Assembly: GCA_964199315.1 (NCBI GenBank)
Contig: OZ116699.1
Coordinates: 30,628,001-30,692,000 of the forward strand
DNA: 64,000 nucleotides
Reading direction: 5' to 3'
Source: Orbicella franksi
Lineage: Eukaryota
Below the pieces are notes generated by a model, which was not told the origin of the DNA, did no database searches, and saw only the letters and a program-made list of their open reading frames with translations. The position numbers and the translations under genes are program-made. Shown piece by piece: positions 27,901-39,320 of this stretch (its first letter is position 1; every line of letters starts with the position of its first letter).

Positions 27901-28361
27901 TTTCGCGGGATCGTTACTTTCGGGAAGGAAAAGCGGTATGTAAAGTCGCTCAGTCGTAGCTCACCACCTGAGTTCTCCGCACGACCTCGTAAAGATCTGA
28001 GTTCACCTGGGTTTTCGGTCACACTTACATACAGTGTGTGTTTAGGGCTTAATGAAAAGTGACATCAGGAACTGGCAGTGACTCAGCTCGACCTGTGACA
28101 GGCTTATATTTTACTATATTAAACAATCAGGCTGTTATTTGCTTCTAGTTGAACAATTTTTCACAATAGTTCATTTGTATTGCAGGTTTCTTGGCGGCCT
28201 TTGTTGCTGTGACTGTTTTACTGGGGCTTATTCTAATGTGTCTGTGCATCAGGTGTTGCCGCCAAAGATGCTGTCGTGGAAATAATCTAACTGTTTACAA
28301 TACTGACCTGCTGAAAGATGCGCGATTATTGGATAAACAGGATTATGATTCGGACACATGA
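15971..28361 (+). CDS. ACP2: Lysosomal-type histidine acid phosphatase, paralog A; 13 exons, 444 aa; signal peptide, C-terminal TM and cytosolic tail
   Basis: Exons 15971-16078, 19517-19609 (VYRHGDRSP), 20361-20456, 21576-21662 (RSSDKDRCIMSA), 22226-22291 (WQPIGVHVVP), 23163-23261, 24099-24185, 24787-24913, 25502-25581 (YSA), 26620-26732 (HD motif), 26865-26972, 27721-27815, 28186-28361 (TM FLAAFVAVTVLLGLILMCLCI). Total 1335 nt, in frame throughout. Intron 2 has a GC donor. The symbol means ACP2-like; orthology is untested. Confidence 0.95.
18169..18398 (+). mobile_element. tRNA-derived SINE (degenerate) in ACP-A intron 1
   Basis: A-box-like GTGGCCTGATGG and B-box-like GGTTAAAGTC, followed by a central GTGTTCTTAGGCAAGACACTTTACTCTCAC..CACCCAGGTG domain and a CCGGGATAAGCTCC tail. 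Related to 56910-57480. Confidence 0.7.
20096..20288. mobile_element. Tc1/mariner (pogo-like) MITE
   Basis: TIRs CAGTGGAACCCCG / CGGGGTTCCACTG, preceded by TA. A reversed family member lies at 29657-29805 and a decayed piece at ~8040-8160. Confidence 0.8.
22619..22802. mobile_element. MITE with ATAGAGCATTTTCAC-type ends
   Basis: Left end ATAGAGCATTTTCAC is roughly complementary to right end GTGAATGGAAATGCTTTAT. Internal direct repeat GCCATGTTGGTGT appears twice. Confidence 0.55.
23495..23575. repeat. (CAGT)n/(CCGT)n tetranucleotide microsatellite
   Basis: cagtcactcagtcagttgtccgtctgtccgtccgtccatcc...gtcagtcagtcagtcagtcagtc. Confidence 0.85.
24297..24560 (+). repeat. Dispersed repeat with internal inverted repeat, same family as ~30398-30680
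   Basis: GATTTCCATGTTGCTGTG..CTGTTCAGTAATAGATCACAG...CTGTGATCTGTCACTGAACAGAC is mirrored at ~30400-30560. Boundaries approximate. Confidence 0.6.
26361..26466. repeat. Palindromic (hairpin) mini-repeat, copy 1
   Basis: ATGAAATGCGCCTGAAGGGAATCATGGTAGTTGT ... ACAACTACCATGATTCCCTGCAGGCGCGTCACAT. Second copy at 37305-37408. Confidence 0.75.
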
Positions 28362-29656
28362 GCTGTGAAGCAGTTACTAGATTTTAACTTTTTCCAATTG
28401 CCAGTTAGCCTGGGAAACAACATTTCGTCCTTGCGAATCTTTCACTTTTTACTTCACTTTTAGCCATATCCCCCTTGGGGTATTGGGCCGGAAAGGGGGG
28501 AGAGGGGTGGGGAGTTATTGCGACGAATCTTAAGGATTTCCAGCTCTAATTATCCAATCAGCGTAAAGTTCCGAGCTAGCTGCGTGACGTCAGTAAGTAA
28601 CGTCATGCCTTCTTATTGGAGGCTGGACCAACCTACTAAACAACTTCGTTCCCAGGGTCCTCTCTCTAAACGAGGCAGAGAGAAGACTCTGGGAACGAGT
28701 TTGACTACAACGTAAATGGCAGTGAGGCCATCGCCAAACAATAGGTTGAATGAGCAGTTATCAGCTTTGCAAACCGCGTGACCAAATTCTTTGTAATTTT
28801 GAGGACGTGAACCCCGACCGCGGTGATACATGTTATTATAGAAAGCTTTGTTCCCTGACTGTAGTTATCACTACTACAGAGTGTCTGAAGTGGGGAGTAT
28901 GAATAGTCTGAATAGTCGAGAATTGGTCAAAACTTTTAGCTGAGAAGTGCCACGTTTTTTAACCGATGTCTGTGATCTGAGAAATGCGCTGAAATATTCA
29001 CGATAAGCTAAGAAATCATTGAAATTTTCGGCGCCGCCGAAAATTTGACTGGTAACAGACATAACTTAGTGGTGTTCTTTTGTATTAAGGGTTAAAGCAG
29101 GTGGCCTTAGTCACATGTCGGTGGACCATAGTATTTCCAGTTTTTGAATAACACATCAGGGCTATGCACAGTGGACAGAGAAATATTGTTTGCCACATAC
29201 AACCTTGATTTGCACCGGTATTTAAAAGATGCCTGAGAAAACGGTGCCCGTCGTGTTGTGCTAACTTGTGTGTTTGTTAGTGTTGTTTTTTGTTACTTTG
29301 ACATTTTTTTTTCGTAGTTATTTTACTGAGTTATTTATTATAAAATAGCCAGCTGAAATTTCTTTTTTCTGTCGAAAATCAGTTGACTTGCCCAGTTTTT
29401 CCCATGATTTCAAATCCTTCTTTGTGATATCGGATTGCTTATTCTTCTTGCAGTGGTTAGTTGTTAGTGGTTAGGTTTCTCTGGCATAGCAAGCCATTAT
29501 TTTGGGGTTTTTATTGGGGTTTCAAGATTTGCGTGTAAATTTAATTGTATTAGACACCAGTGTTAATTTTGGGACCAGCAAGAGCGATGCCTGGGATATA
29601 ATTAAGAAATGAATTTAGATTTTGCTGTAATGAAGGTGGATACATGTGTGGATGTA

Positions 29657-29805
29657 CAGTGGGACCCCGCCTTTAATACGGCCACTTTATTCTGGCCCGA
29701 ACGAAAGCTCAGTCAATCATCCGAGAGCCCTTTTAATACGGCCACCCCATTAATACGGCCAGACTTTTGTGGCCAGTTGGTGACCGGATTAACGGGGTTC
29801 TACCG
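29657..29805. mobile_element. Tc1/mariner (pogo-like) MITE, same family as 20096-20288
   Basis: TA-CAGTGGGACCCCG ... CGGGGTTCTACCG-TA; internal TTAATACGGCCA repeats. Confidence 0.75.
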
Positions 29806-30082
29806 TAGTTTTGTCTAGTATGAAAGAATACTTTGAGCTCCATTTTCGAGCACAGAAAGTCTTCATAGAATTTACTGTCTAACAGAATTAATACTAGCTA
29901 ACTTCTGTTAACAATAAAAAGTTTAAAATGAGCAGCAAATCACGCTATTGCAGTTAGTTGTTTCCAGAGAAGCTAGCCGAAGTGAAACGAACAACATCGC
30001 GAGAATGCTGTCGTTGCGAAGATTCTGCAACCTCCTCCGGACTCGTCTTTCTCCTATAAGTCCCTCGTTTTGTCCGGGTGAT

Positions 30083-30269
30083 GTGCGTTCGTTTGGGATG
30101 ATATGGATCAGGATCAGGATCAGTAATCCAAGATCACTCGGATCATGGTGCATCACAGGAGCCGATGAATCCGTGACCAGAGTGGATTCATCCGCTCCTT
30201 TGGTGTAGCATAATATGACTGATCTTGGATCACTGATTCTGATCCAAATCACCCCAAAGGAACGCACCC
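30083..30269. mobile_element. Palindromic MITE (PIF/Harbinger-like ends)
   Basis: GTGCGTTCGTTTGGGATGAT..GGATCAG..ATCCAAGATC at the left and GATCTTGGATCACTGA..ATCACCCCAAAGGAACGCACCC at the right; the whole element folds back. Confidence 0.8.
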
Positions 30270-31091
30270 TAATCAGTCGCAGCTTCAACTTGGGTTTTGG
30301 CCAAGAAAATCTTGCGTGGCAGTCACTCGTGCTATGAACGAGGAGATTATCCCAACTCACTTTCCTCGGGAATAGCGTGCGAGCCGTCTGTAACAAATAG
30401 ATTCCATGCTGCCGTGTGTCTGTTCAATAATTGATCGCTGATGACGTTAAAATAAGGTAAGAACGAAAAAGTGGCACACGTGGCGATAGCCGAGTGCGTC
30501 AGTGATGTTCTTACCACATTTAATTTGACGTCTGTGATCAACTACTGAACAGACACACCGCAAAATGGAATCTACTTGTTCTCTATAATAAAGAAACAAG
30601 CAAAGAAACAAGCAAACAAAAACCATTTTAGCGACGCCATCGATGCGTCTGTCCTCTAATTGATCATGAGTGAACAAATCATAATGCGAGAACATTTTAA
30701 ATTTCACTTATGAAATAAATTAAATTTAACTTATGAAATAAAAAATGATACGATTTGCTGAATCAAATTTGCGATATAAAATTGATAAAATACAAGAAAG
30801 ATAATAGCCAGACTTATGCTTCTTCAAGCCCAGGTAACTTAAGAGGGCAAATTTTAATGGCCTTTAACAAAAGGGGGCAGATTCAACTTGTCAATAAGGT
30901 AGTGAAGAAGGCTTTGAGTTTATAGCTTTATGCAGGACGTAGTATATTTGCGTCTTAACTACAGGTGTGAAACATCGTGTTTCCTGTGCGCAAGTCCTGG
31001 AGCACCGCACTCCCGCGGAATGCGATGTCAAAAAGAAAATTTCCGCGCGGGGACTTTGTGCAGCTGTACTTCACTGTAATTATTAATTTTA

Positions 31092-31387
31092 AGTGCTATT
31101 TACATGATGTATTTGGAAATTGTCAGTTACCGCTCCCGTAGGCACTGTAAAAAGCTCTAATCAACCACTCTAAATTCAAAGGGATTTGATTATCAATCAA
31201 TGTTTCGACGCACTAATATTTATTTGTTCTAACATTTAGTGCTATTTACATGATGTATTTGGAAATTGTCAGTTACCGCTCCCGTAGGCACTGTGAAAAG
31301 CTCTAATCAACCACTCTAAATTCAAAGGGATTTGATTATCAATCAATGTTTCGACGCACTAATATTTATTTGTTCTAACATTTAGTG
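31092..31387. repeat. Direct tandem duplication, 2 x 146 bp
   Basis: 31092-31237 and 31238-31383 differ at one position I could see (ctgtAaaaag vs ctgtGaaaag); a partial AGTG follows. Confidence 0.92.
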
Positions 31388-32822
31388 TGGCTGATTACCG
31401 AACACAGCAGACGTCTGTCTTTGCGAGCCAGTTGCAAATGTAAGCTGTTAAAGCAATAAAAAAGGTGTAATTTCAGTAGAAACCCCAAACGTAATTAAGT
31501 TCAATAAAGTAAGTGTGCGGAGAAGAAAAATATGGAAATAAGATAAGAGAGAGAAAAAAAGAGAGAAAAAATGCCAGGCTATCTAGCAGCCGTACCGTGG
31601 ACAGCCAAATGGAAAAAGTACTCCCCTAGGCGTACGTCCTATTTAACAAATAAAAAGAGGCTTTATCGGCTTCGTTCTGTCTCAATCAAAACAACACGCA
31701 ATGAGGAAGTCACTCGATATTACGACATAAGTGTAGGGCGCGGCTCGTGCTTCTCCCTGCTTTTCGAGTGTTCCCGTCACTTCCTTGAGTCCTTTATAAC
31801 AGGTCAAAGCCCGGTGAATAGATTGCGGAATTCGAGGCACAAGGTTGCTAAAGCTAACAGTATGTTTGATCAAAGTATGAATAATCAACTGCCATTTGGT
31901 AAATAGACTCAAACATTTTGTTCTGTAGTCAGTCCATCTTATTTTAAAGTTCTATTTTTCGTGAACGTGAATAGAAATTGGTAAAGCCATCAATGCCAGA
32001 ACCTGTCAAATCTTCCAAAGAAACCAGTGACTGAGTGTTATAAAAGGTAATTTGACTCATTTAGAGGGTACACACAATAAATGACGTCAAAACTACCACT
32101 TTGTCAGGCTGGAACTCTGAAACGGCATAATTTATTCTAGCTTCTTGTTGAAGTCGTAAACGTTCATTGGAGCATACAGTACTCGTTTATATATTCACCT
32201 CTACACGAAGATTGAGATCAACAGAGGCGTACAATAATTAGCTCTGTGAAAATTATTTTATCTACATAGCGACCAATGTTATGTTTTGTCGTTTAAAATT
32301 CAGTTTACCTCAATATAAATCCACTTTGTTTTTCGATGCCAATAAAAAACCTTACACACATATCGTTTGCTTAAGCAGGAACTGGACTGAAGTGAAAAAG
32401 AAAATGGCTTGCACCCTTATATTGTTAGCACACGCTCGATGCCCTGATATTCTCATTGGTTTGCGCAATCAAAGACACCGACAACTGACTCCAGTGCGAG
32501 TATCTACGGCTCAAACGAGAAAGTTTACTTAACCATGGTCTAGCCTGCAGCAACTCATATACACATCTCGTACCACTAATAATTCGAGAATATGCAATAG
32601 GTGATAAGAATAATTTGTTTTTGCACCTGCAGCAACGAAGGCTTTGTTACTGACAGCGCGCTAGCAGCTTCCACGGGTAACAAGAGGATACGCACTGTAT
32701 CGACAATTGGACGATTCGTTACTCTATTTATTCGAGGTGAAATGACAATTTAGCTCCCTGGCAACACGTAGAGGGAAGAAAACGCAGGCATATTGTCGTA
32801 CTAGCGGCTTCAAAGCGACGAA

Positions 32823-35800
32823 ATGGCGGACAACACAAGACTTGTCTTGATCGCAGTTGACGATTGTGATCACAGCGAAAAAGCTTTTGATTGTAAGTTG
32901 GGAATCTTTGTTTGCAATCAGTGTCTCTTGACGCTGTTGAAAATAGCAATTGCAAATATTCTTCCCCTTGACAATTTTGTTCCTATGACGGTCAAAATGA
33001 TTTTGTTCGTTTTCTTGCTAGCTTTAGTCCAGTTCCTGCCTCGAAGGCGAAGTTATTTCATTCTAGTTATCTCTTTGCAAAAAAGTTTAAACGGGAAGAA
33101 ACTTTAAATACGAAGCAACGACAATTTTTGCGATAATTTTGCTAACGGAATTTTCCCGCGCGAGAAAGTTATCGCTGACTAGTAAGAAAGAATTCTTCTT
33201 CCTTGCATGCAGCGAACAGAATATTCGGTTTCTTCGATTCAATCGCAAAACCATTTTCGATGGAAAAACGATTAAACGACAGTATTTACACTCTTTTCTT
33301 TTCGCGAAAATAGAAGGAAATTCGTTTACCGTTATTTATCATAAACGTACAACAAGCGAATACGAAACAATTCTCTTTTAGTTATCTTTAGGGAGATTTA
33401 TTTCAGTTTATTTGAGTGAGCGCATCGGATGTAACTTCATACGTATACAATTTAAAATGTTTAAAATGTGTAACGAGGATCACAGGAAGTCGTAGGGTAT
33501 CTGAAAAATTAGTTGTTGAAGTAAACTATATTTACCTTCCCGAGTTTTAATCCGGCGACGCGCGCATTCGAACGAACGTTTTAATCGGTTTTGTGCGCGC
33601 TAAGCCAAAACACAATATACATGAGTACGCTTAAGATAGTTATTTTTGTATTGCCTTTTTCGCTTATATTATTTCTTCGTTTCTTCTTTCATCATACAAT
33701 TTAGGTTTTTGCTTCAGCTGTTTTTAGTATTCTGTTGCGGACGTCAACTTGTGTTTTAAAAGACATATTTTGGATGTCAATCACTCGTTCCATTGTGTAA
33801 AAAATTATGTATAACAATATACTGAGGAGAAAAAGCTGACAACTTCCGTGAAAATTGATTTTCCTTGTTTCTTCGTCGTTAACATTTGATAAGAATCATG
33901 TAGGGTGTGTTGCAATATATTTTTTTATCTAACATTTGCAAGCTGGTGACAGCAACTTTTTTTCGTTTTTTCTCGAGCTTTTTATTTTGGAAAAAAAACA
34001 CCCAGTCCTTCAAGTTGGCTTTATTTCTTTCGACATTGCCATCGCATTTTGAGAAAACGTCCGACTTAGACGGCTACAAAAATATAGCAAGAAAAAAATG
34101 GAAATTCATCTATCTTTTTGTATCGCCCAAAAGCAATTATTAAGCACCTTGTGGTCAGAATTTGGAAATCGGACTTGATGAGTGATAAATAATTCACGAA
34201 AATGAATGTTTGCGGAGCGCATAATCATCACAGGCATTCAGAATTTTATCGATTGTCCACTCTTTTTTATGTTATTCTAAACGACAAAAACCTGCCTCGC
34301 CTCTCGTTGTTCAGTTTGGACATTTCATAGTTCTTAGCAAGAGACAACATCATAGTCTCTTGTTCTTAGTCTTTCTTAAATTTCCATATTGCAAAAAATG
34401 TAAGTTGCAAGAAGCGAGATTTTGTAAGCATAGGACTCTGAGACTTTCACCTCGTCCAACATGCCTTAATCGCAGTCCATTTGGCGCCAATCCTCCAGTA
34501 TCTGCCCCTCAATAGACCAATTTCGATATATTAAAATTCAGCCTAACACAATAGACCTCAGCACGAGGCTCTGGGGAATAAACCCCACAAACTCTGTAGT
34601 TATCTCCCAGAGCCTCGCACTGAGGTCTATTGTTTTAGGCTGACTTTTAATATATCGAAATTGGTCTATTAAACGCGCGGCGGTCTAATGGTTGGAACGC
34701 TGGTCTCCGGATCGAGGGGTGCGGGCTCAAGTCCTGGCCGGGGTTGCTAGAACCTCAGTTATCGGTTAAATTTTCGGCGGTTTCTCAGTTAAGATTTAAA
34801 ATTTCAGCCCTTTTCTCTAGCAAATCGTCAGCATTAGCTCTAGCACTAGCAAATCGAAACGCTTTCAACTCGAAACTAAACTAAAATCGGTACAAGAAGA
34901 TAGCATCCTTGGAACAGCGTGCGTTTGGTAACATATATATGCAATGTGGCGATAATTTACAAATCAGCCCAAATGAGGAATACAATCTCTTAATATTAGT
35001 TTAATTGACGAATAGCACTCAGTGAGGCTAAGCGTATTGCTACTCCCCCCTGGATGGGATGCGAGCCCATTGCAGGGATACCCTCTAGCATTCTGTCAGG
35101 TGCCAATTCGCCGCTACTCATTGTATACTTTATACTTTCCTGTCTGCGTGGAGATCCTCTTTGCAATGTTGAAACAATTTACAGCAGTTGTAATAATTAA
35201 GAACTAAGTTCCACGGTTCCAGAACTAACTGATTAATAGGTTGTCGCCAGATCAGTGCTATTCACACTGAATTTCGTCCCACACACTCACTTGCTTCATA
35301 GATACCTCATCTTCACAACTAGGCCTTTCTTGATAAAAAGTGTTTTCATTTTGGCAGGGTATTTGAATCACGTGCACCGCGTTGAAAACTCATTGATTGT
35401 GCTGTACTGTCACGAGAAGCTGGATCCTCCTGCTCTGTTGCGTACGTAGGTTCTACGAATCTTAAGGCCCGGCCAAATGGACTCGCAAGTAGATGCAAGT
35501 TGATAACTTGGGTCTACTTGTGACTCCGTTTTGCCAGGCCTTGCGTGCACTTACATTGACTTGCGATGACTTCCTCTCACTTTAGTGGAGATCAAATTTG
35601 CACGCAAGTCGACGCAAGTTTTGGCCACCCAGGCCAAGTCGAAGGCCAAGTCCGTTTGGCCACTCAACGCATGTCTCTACGCAAGTTCAACTTGCGGCTA
35701 CTTGCGAGTCCGTTTGGCCAGGGCTTTACTACCGTTAAGCTTATCTTTGCTTGTCTCACAAAATTTTTAGGACAATTTTTAGTACCACAAGGTGGACGCA

Positions 35801-36896
35801 TGTGCATGACAAAGCAACCTCTCTGCTGGGAAAAACATCTACTGATCGGTCATGTCTCGTTTGTAAGGCTTGCATGGCTGCTTTTGAAAAACTCCAAAAC
35901 AAAGTTCCGGCGAAACAAAAATTATTGTCCCCTTCTGGGAACATTCTTTTTTTTTTCTTATAAGAATATTGTTTTTCTGGCCCAGGCTGAATATTCCTAG
36001 CTGAATTAAAGAAAATCTCGCGAAGTAGGCAGTTTTAGATTAACACTTGATCCTTGCTGAGAGCTCTTTCGTTTCATAAATCTGCAGATTCTGCACATTC
36101 AGAGGAATGGAAACAAACATTAAAAGAACATGAAGAGAAGAAGGATCGGGTGATAGAGAAGTACAAGGGCAAATGCGAGGAAAAGAAGGTAGAAAGAACG
36201 TTTATCCTAAGCAAATATTTTTCTTGTCTTTACTCAGTGATCATAAAAAACTCGAAAGCGTCCGTTACGAAGACTCGTGACATAGCTGGCTATCTTTACC
36301 ACCTGGGCATTGCATGTACTGCTACAAGAGAAGATCATATAAGAGAATAATTCTCCCATACATGAGGTGTTCCCTAAAATAATGCTTTTTAAATCTATTT
36401 GTAGACAACGATTTTTTTAAAGAAAGATGCCTGATTGGAGAAACGTTATTACGCGTTACCGCAGATTGTGATAGCATACAGTATTTTTGCCCGTGCAGTT
36501 TTACCATGAGTTTATTGCTGAAAAACAACATGCGAAATATCTGGATCCCGCCACGAGCTACGAGGTTACGAAGTCGTGCAGGTGATTATAACATGTGCCA
36601 AAAGGTTATGAAACCTTCGGAAAATTGTTATAGAGCACTAGGAATTGTTATCTTTGATCATGATTCACCCTTGACTTGTATTATATATGTCCTTATAGCT
36701 GAAAGCAAAAATTAAGGTAGAATTTGGAAAACCTGGAGAGACCATCCACAGAATAGCCGAGCAAGAGAAAGTAAATGTCATTGTGATGGGAGGCCGCGGG
36801 CTGTCAACATTGCGGCGCACGCTGTTAGGCGGAGTGAGCGACTACGTCATCAAGCATAGCCAGATCCCAGTGATCTTTGTACCCGGTCTGCACTGA
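32823..36896 (+). CDS. Universal stress protein (UspA-like), 4 exons, 150 aa
   Basis: Exons 32823-32892 (MADNTRLVLIAVDDCDHSEKAFD), 35358-35441 (WYLNHVHRVENSLIVLYCHE..), 36088-36188, 36699-36896 (GKPGETIHRIAEQEKVNVIVMGGRGLSTLRRTLLGGVSDYVIKHSQIPVIFVP). Total 453 nt with consistent phases; USP IAVD and G-xx-G-x9-G motifs. Confidence 0.93.
34511..34670. mobile_element. Palindromic MITE in USP intron 1
   Basis: AATAGACCAATTTCGATATATTAAAATTCAGCCTAA... / ...TTAGGCTGACTTTTAATATATCGAAATTGGTCTATT, a near-perfect fold-back over ~65 bp. Confidence 0.88.
34675..34746 (+). mobile_element. tRNA-derived SINE head (truncated)
   Basis: A-box-like CGGTCTAATGG and B-box-like GGCTCAAGTCC; no complete acceptor stem. 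Confidence 0.55.
35464..35726. mobile_element. MITE (Harbinger-like) in USP intron 2
   Basis: TIRs AAGGCCCGGCCAAATGGACTCGCAAGTAG / CTACTTGCGAGTCCGTTTGGCCAGGGCTT. Confidence 0.85.
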
Positions 36897-37304
36897 GAAG
36901 CCTGGACACAACTTTGCTTAGTTGGCCTATTGCTGTACCATTTAGGATGTCTACAATCAAACAACTGTTTTTAATCTTAATATGTAACACATCACTTTCA
37001 GTTCTAAAAAGAATCAATGCAAATTGTATTTCGCACCGTTTTTACTGTTGTGTAAACGATTTCATCAGCTCATTGTCTCACTAAGTGGGGCAAAAAGTGG
37101 TTTAAACATGTAAAAGGCATTTTTTAAATTGTATTGCAGGAGAGTGTTATAGTCGGCCTAGATCTCTTAGGTTCTCCACCACGCACCGGATTGTTCCAAT
37201 TAAAGCGGATAACGCAATCCTGTGGAAAAGTATATGTGACCAAAAAAACTACGCTGTCAATCTGATCTTTCTATCTATTCTTTGAGCAACTCTCAGTTTC
37301 CTCT

Positions 37305-37408
37305 ATGAGACGCGCCTGCAAGGAATCACGGTAGCTGTATTCATCATCTTGGACTGAATATTTGCTTCGATGACCACAACTACCATGATTCCCTGCAGGC
37401 ACGTTTCA
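37305..37408. repeat. Palindromic mini-repeat, copy 2
   Basis: ATGAGACGCGCCTGCAAGGAATCACGGTAGCTGT ... ACAACTACCATGATTCCCTGCAGGCACGTTTCAT. Confidence 0.75.
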
Positions 37409-37886
37409 TAGAGGGAATTGGCCACTGGGACCTGGTTGATATCTGCAGTTATTCATGCCGACTTTGAAGAACGGAAGTCAGTTCCGAACACGAGATTCAC
37501 TCAATAGTTAAGATGCGCGAGAGCGCACTCACATGAACCAGTGTTTTTTTCAATCTATTTCCCAGAGGCCTCTATCCTTTTGGTTAGCAACAAGAATCGA
37601 GACTCCTGTAAGAGAACGGAAGGTGAGCCAGCATTAGTCGGAGCGGTTATTCTTTCTACACAAGCTCAGAAACCGTTATTGAACTTGGATGCCTGCGTGC
37701 AATCAAACCGGAACAATAATTTTCTGGTTCAGGTTTTCGATTTTGTCAGGGCGCTTAGATGTAGGGCGACGTTTTTCTGCCCTGGTCACTGCTGACCGAA
37801 AACGCGGGCTTGTGACGTCGTTTTCAGTGGCGGAAAAGTCATTCACGTGACGTCACAGTGGTCCTATTGGTGTTCCGAAACAACGA

Positions 37887-38063
37887 AATAGGCCATTTCC
37901 GAGTAGCCTTGTGCCTCTGTTTCAAACCGAGTCTTCGTGCAAAACCGTGATCTTATGAAAATGAGTTTGATTTGCATGAAAATCAACTCATTTTCGTATG
38001 AATGGTTTCGCACGAAGACTCGTTTTCACACAGAGGCGAAAGACAACTCGGAAATGGCCTATT
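37887..38063. mobile_element. Palindromic MITE (AATAGGCCATTTCCGAG ends)
   Basis: AATAGGCCATTTCCGAGT / ACTCGGAAATGGCCTATT TIRs. Decayed relatives at ~27140-27256 and ~43987-44132. Confidence 0.85.
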
Positions 38064-39320
38064 TCTCTTTCCTTCGAAAAATGATCTGGCTCTTTTCTGA
38101 TACATACATTTTCTACCGTTGGGAACTCTCCAATGCGTCAGTATTAGCTCTTGCTGCACTCCTATTAAACCAATAATCTTTAAGAGCGACCAACGTAGAT
38201 ATCAGTTGAATTCTCGTTTCAAAATTACTTCACTGTCAAGCAAACATGTGACGTGAATAAATAGGCATATGGTCTTCATGAACGCCAGTTATCCTCGTGA
38301 CAACAAAAAAGAACTATGTGTCGTTTATTATGACAGGAATCAGAATATTTTAGGCTTGTGAAAGTGTCTAAAGACTGCTAATTGAAAATTCGATTTTTTT
38401 TGATACCTTTCTTTCAATTGTGAGTCTTTTTTAAGGCAGGCTCTAAAACCTCTAATGGAGAATCTTAAGTGCATTATGGATCACTCGTGTAAGATTATTA
38501 GTTTTATTATCACTCAACTTTGAACAGAAAAGAATAACAATTAAAGTTTACGTTGTAAGACTAAACGTATGCAATTATGAGGTGATAAAGCTTGTCGTAT
38601 TTTGCTTTCACAATGAAATAATGAATCTTTGAATATTTATGAAACAGCGTAATACGTATCATGCATTAACTTGCTTTTCATGTAAACAACACAAAGAAGG
38701 CCGCCTTTGGAAAACGATCTTTCATACTTCATCAACGAAATTTTCGATCAAATACGCATTAATTGTGTTGTATTCTTTGTTCCCCGCTTAGTAATTACGA
38801 TCATTTCACACTCTATTGACGGTCTTAATTAATTCGATGTACCTTTTGTTAGGAGCAGTTCGTGGGCATAAGAGCGAAACAAAGGCAGGAGCAGAGTTCA
38901 ATGTACTTATGCTTCACTCTTTTCGTGGCTGTTTGTGTACATGTCGAGTGATCAATATTTTAGCAATTTTCGTGTCAGTTAAGTCAAATATTTGATGACG
39001 GAAAGTCAGTTATTTTCTCTTTCGTAAGGGACGTTTCAGATGTTTCGCCTTTGATGCTGTTTCCAGGTCTTCTTTTCAAAACCGGCTCATCTCCTGAGCG
39101 GTTTGAAGTGGAGTAATTTTACTCGGCTTCAATAACTTAACGAAGAGATCAGGAAGAGGGATTTTTTTGTTTGCTGTCAGAGCAGCGATGAATTTCAGCT
39201 GTCTTAAAACACAAACCTCAAAACAAACAAGCGAAAAGCGATCGAGGATTAGAGAAGAATCACTTAGGACATGAAACTGCGTGAGTTAAAAATTTAAAAA
39301 CGGGATATCGAACGGACATC

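Noticed and set aside
29923-30396. 157-aa and 86-aa overlapping ORFs
   Set aside because: They are produced by the palindromic MITE at 30083-30269.
31092-31387. CRISPR-like array
   Set aside because: Two long identical units with no spacers, in a eukaryotic context.
35566-36000. 144-aa ORF in the USP intron
   Set aside because: It largely overlaps the MITE at 35464-35726 and has no domain.
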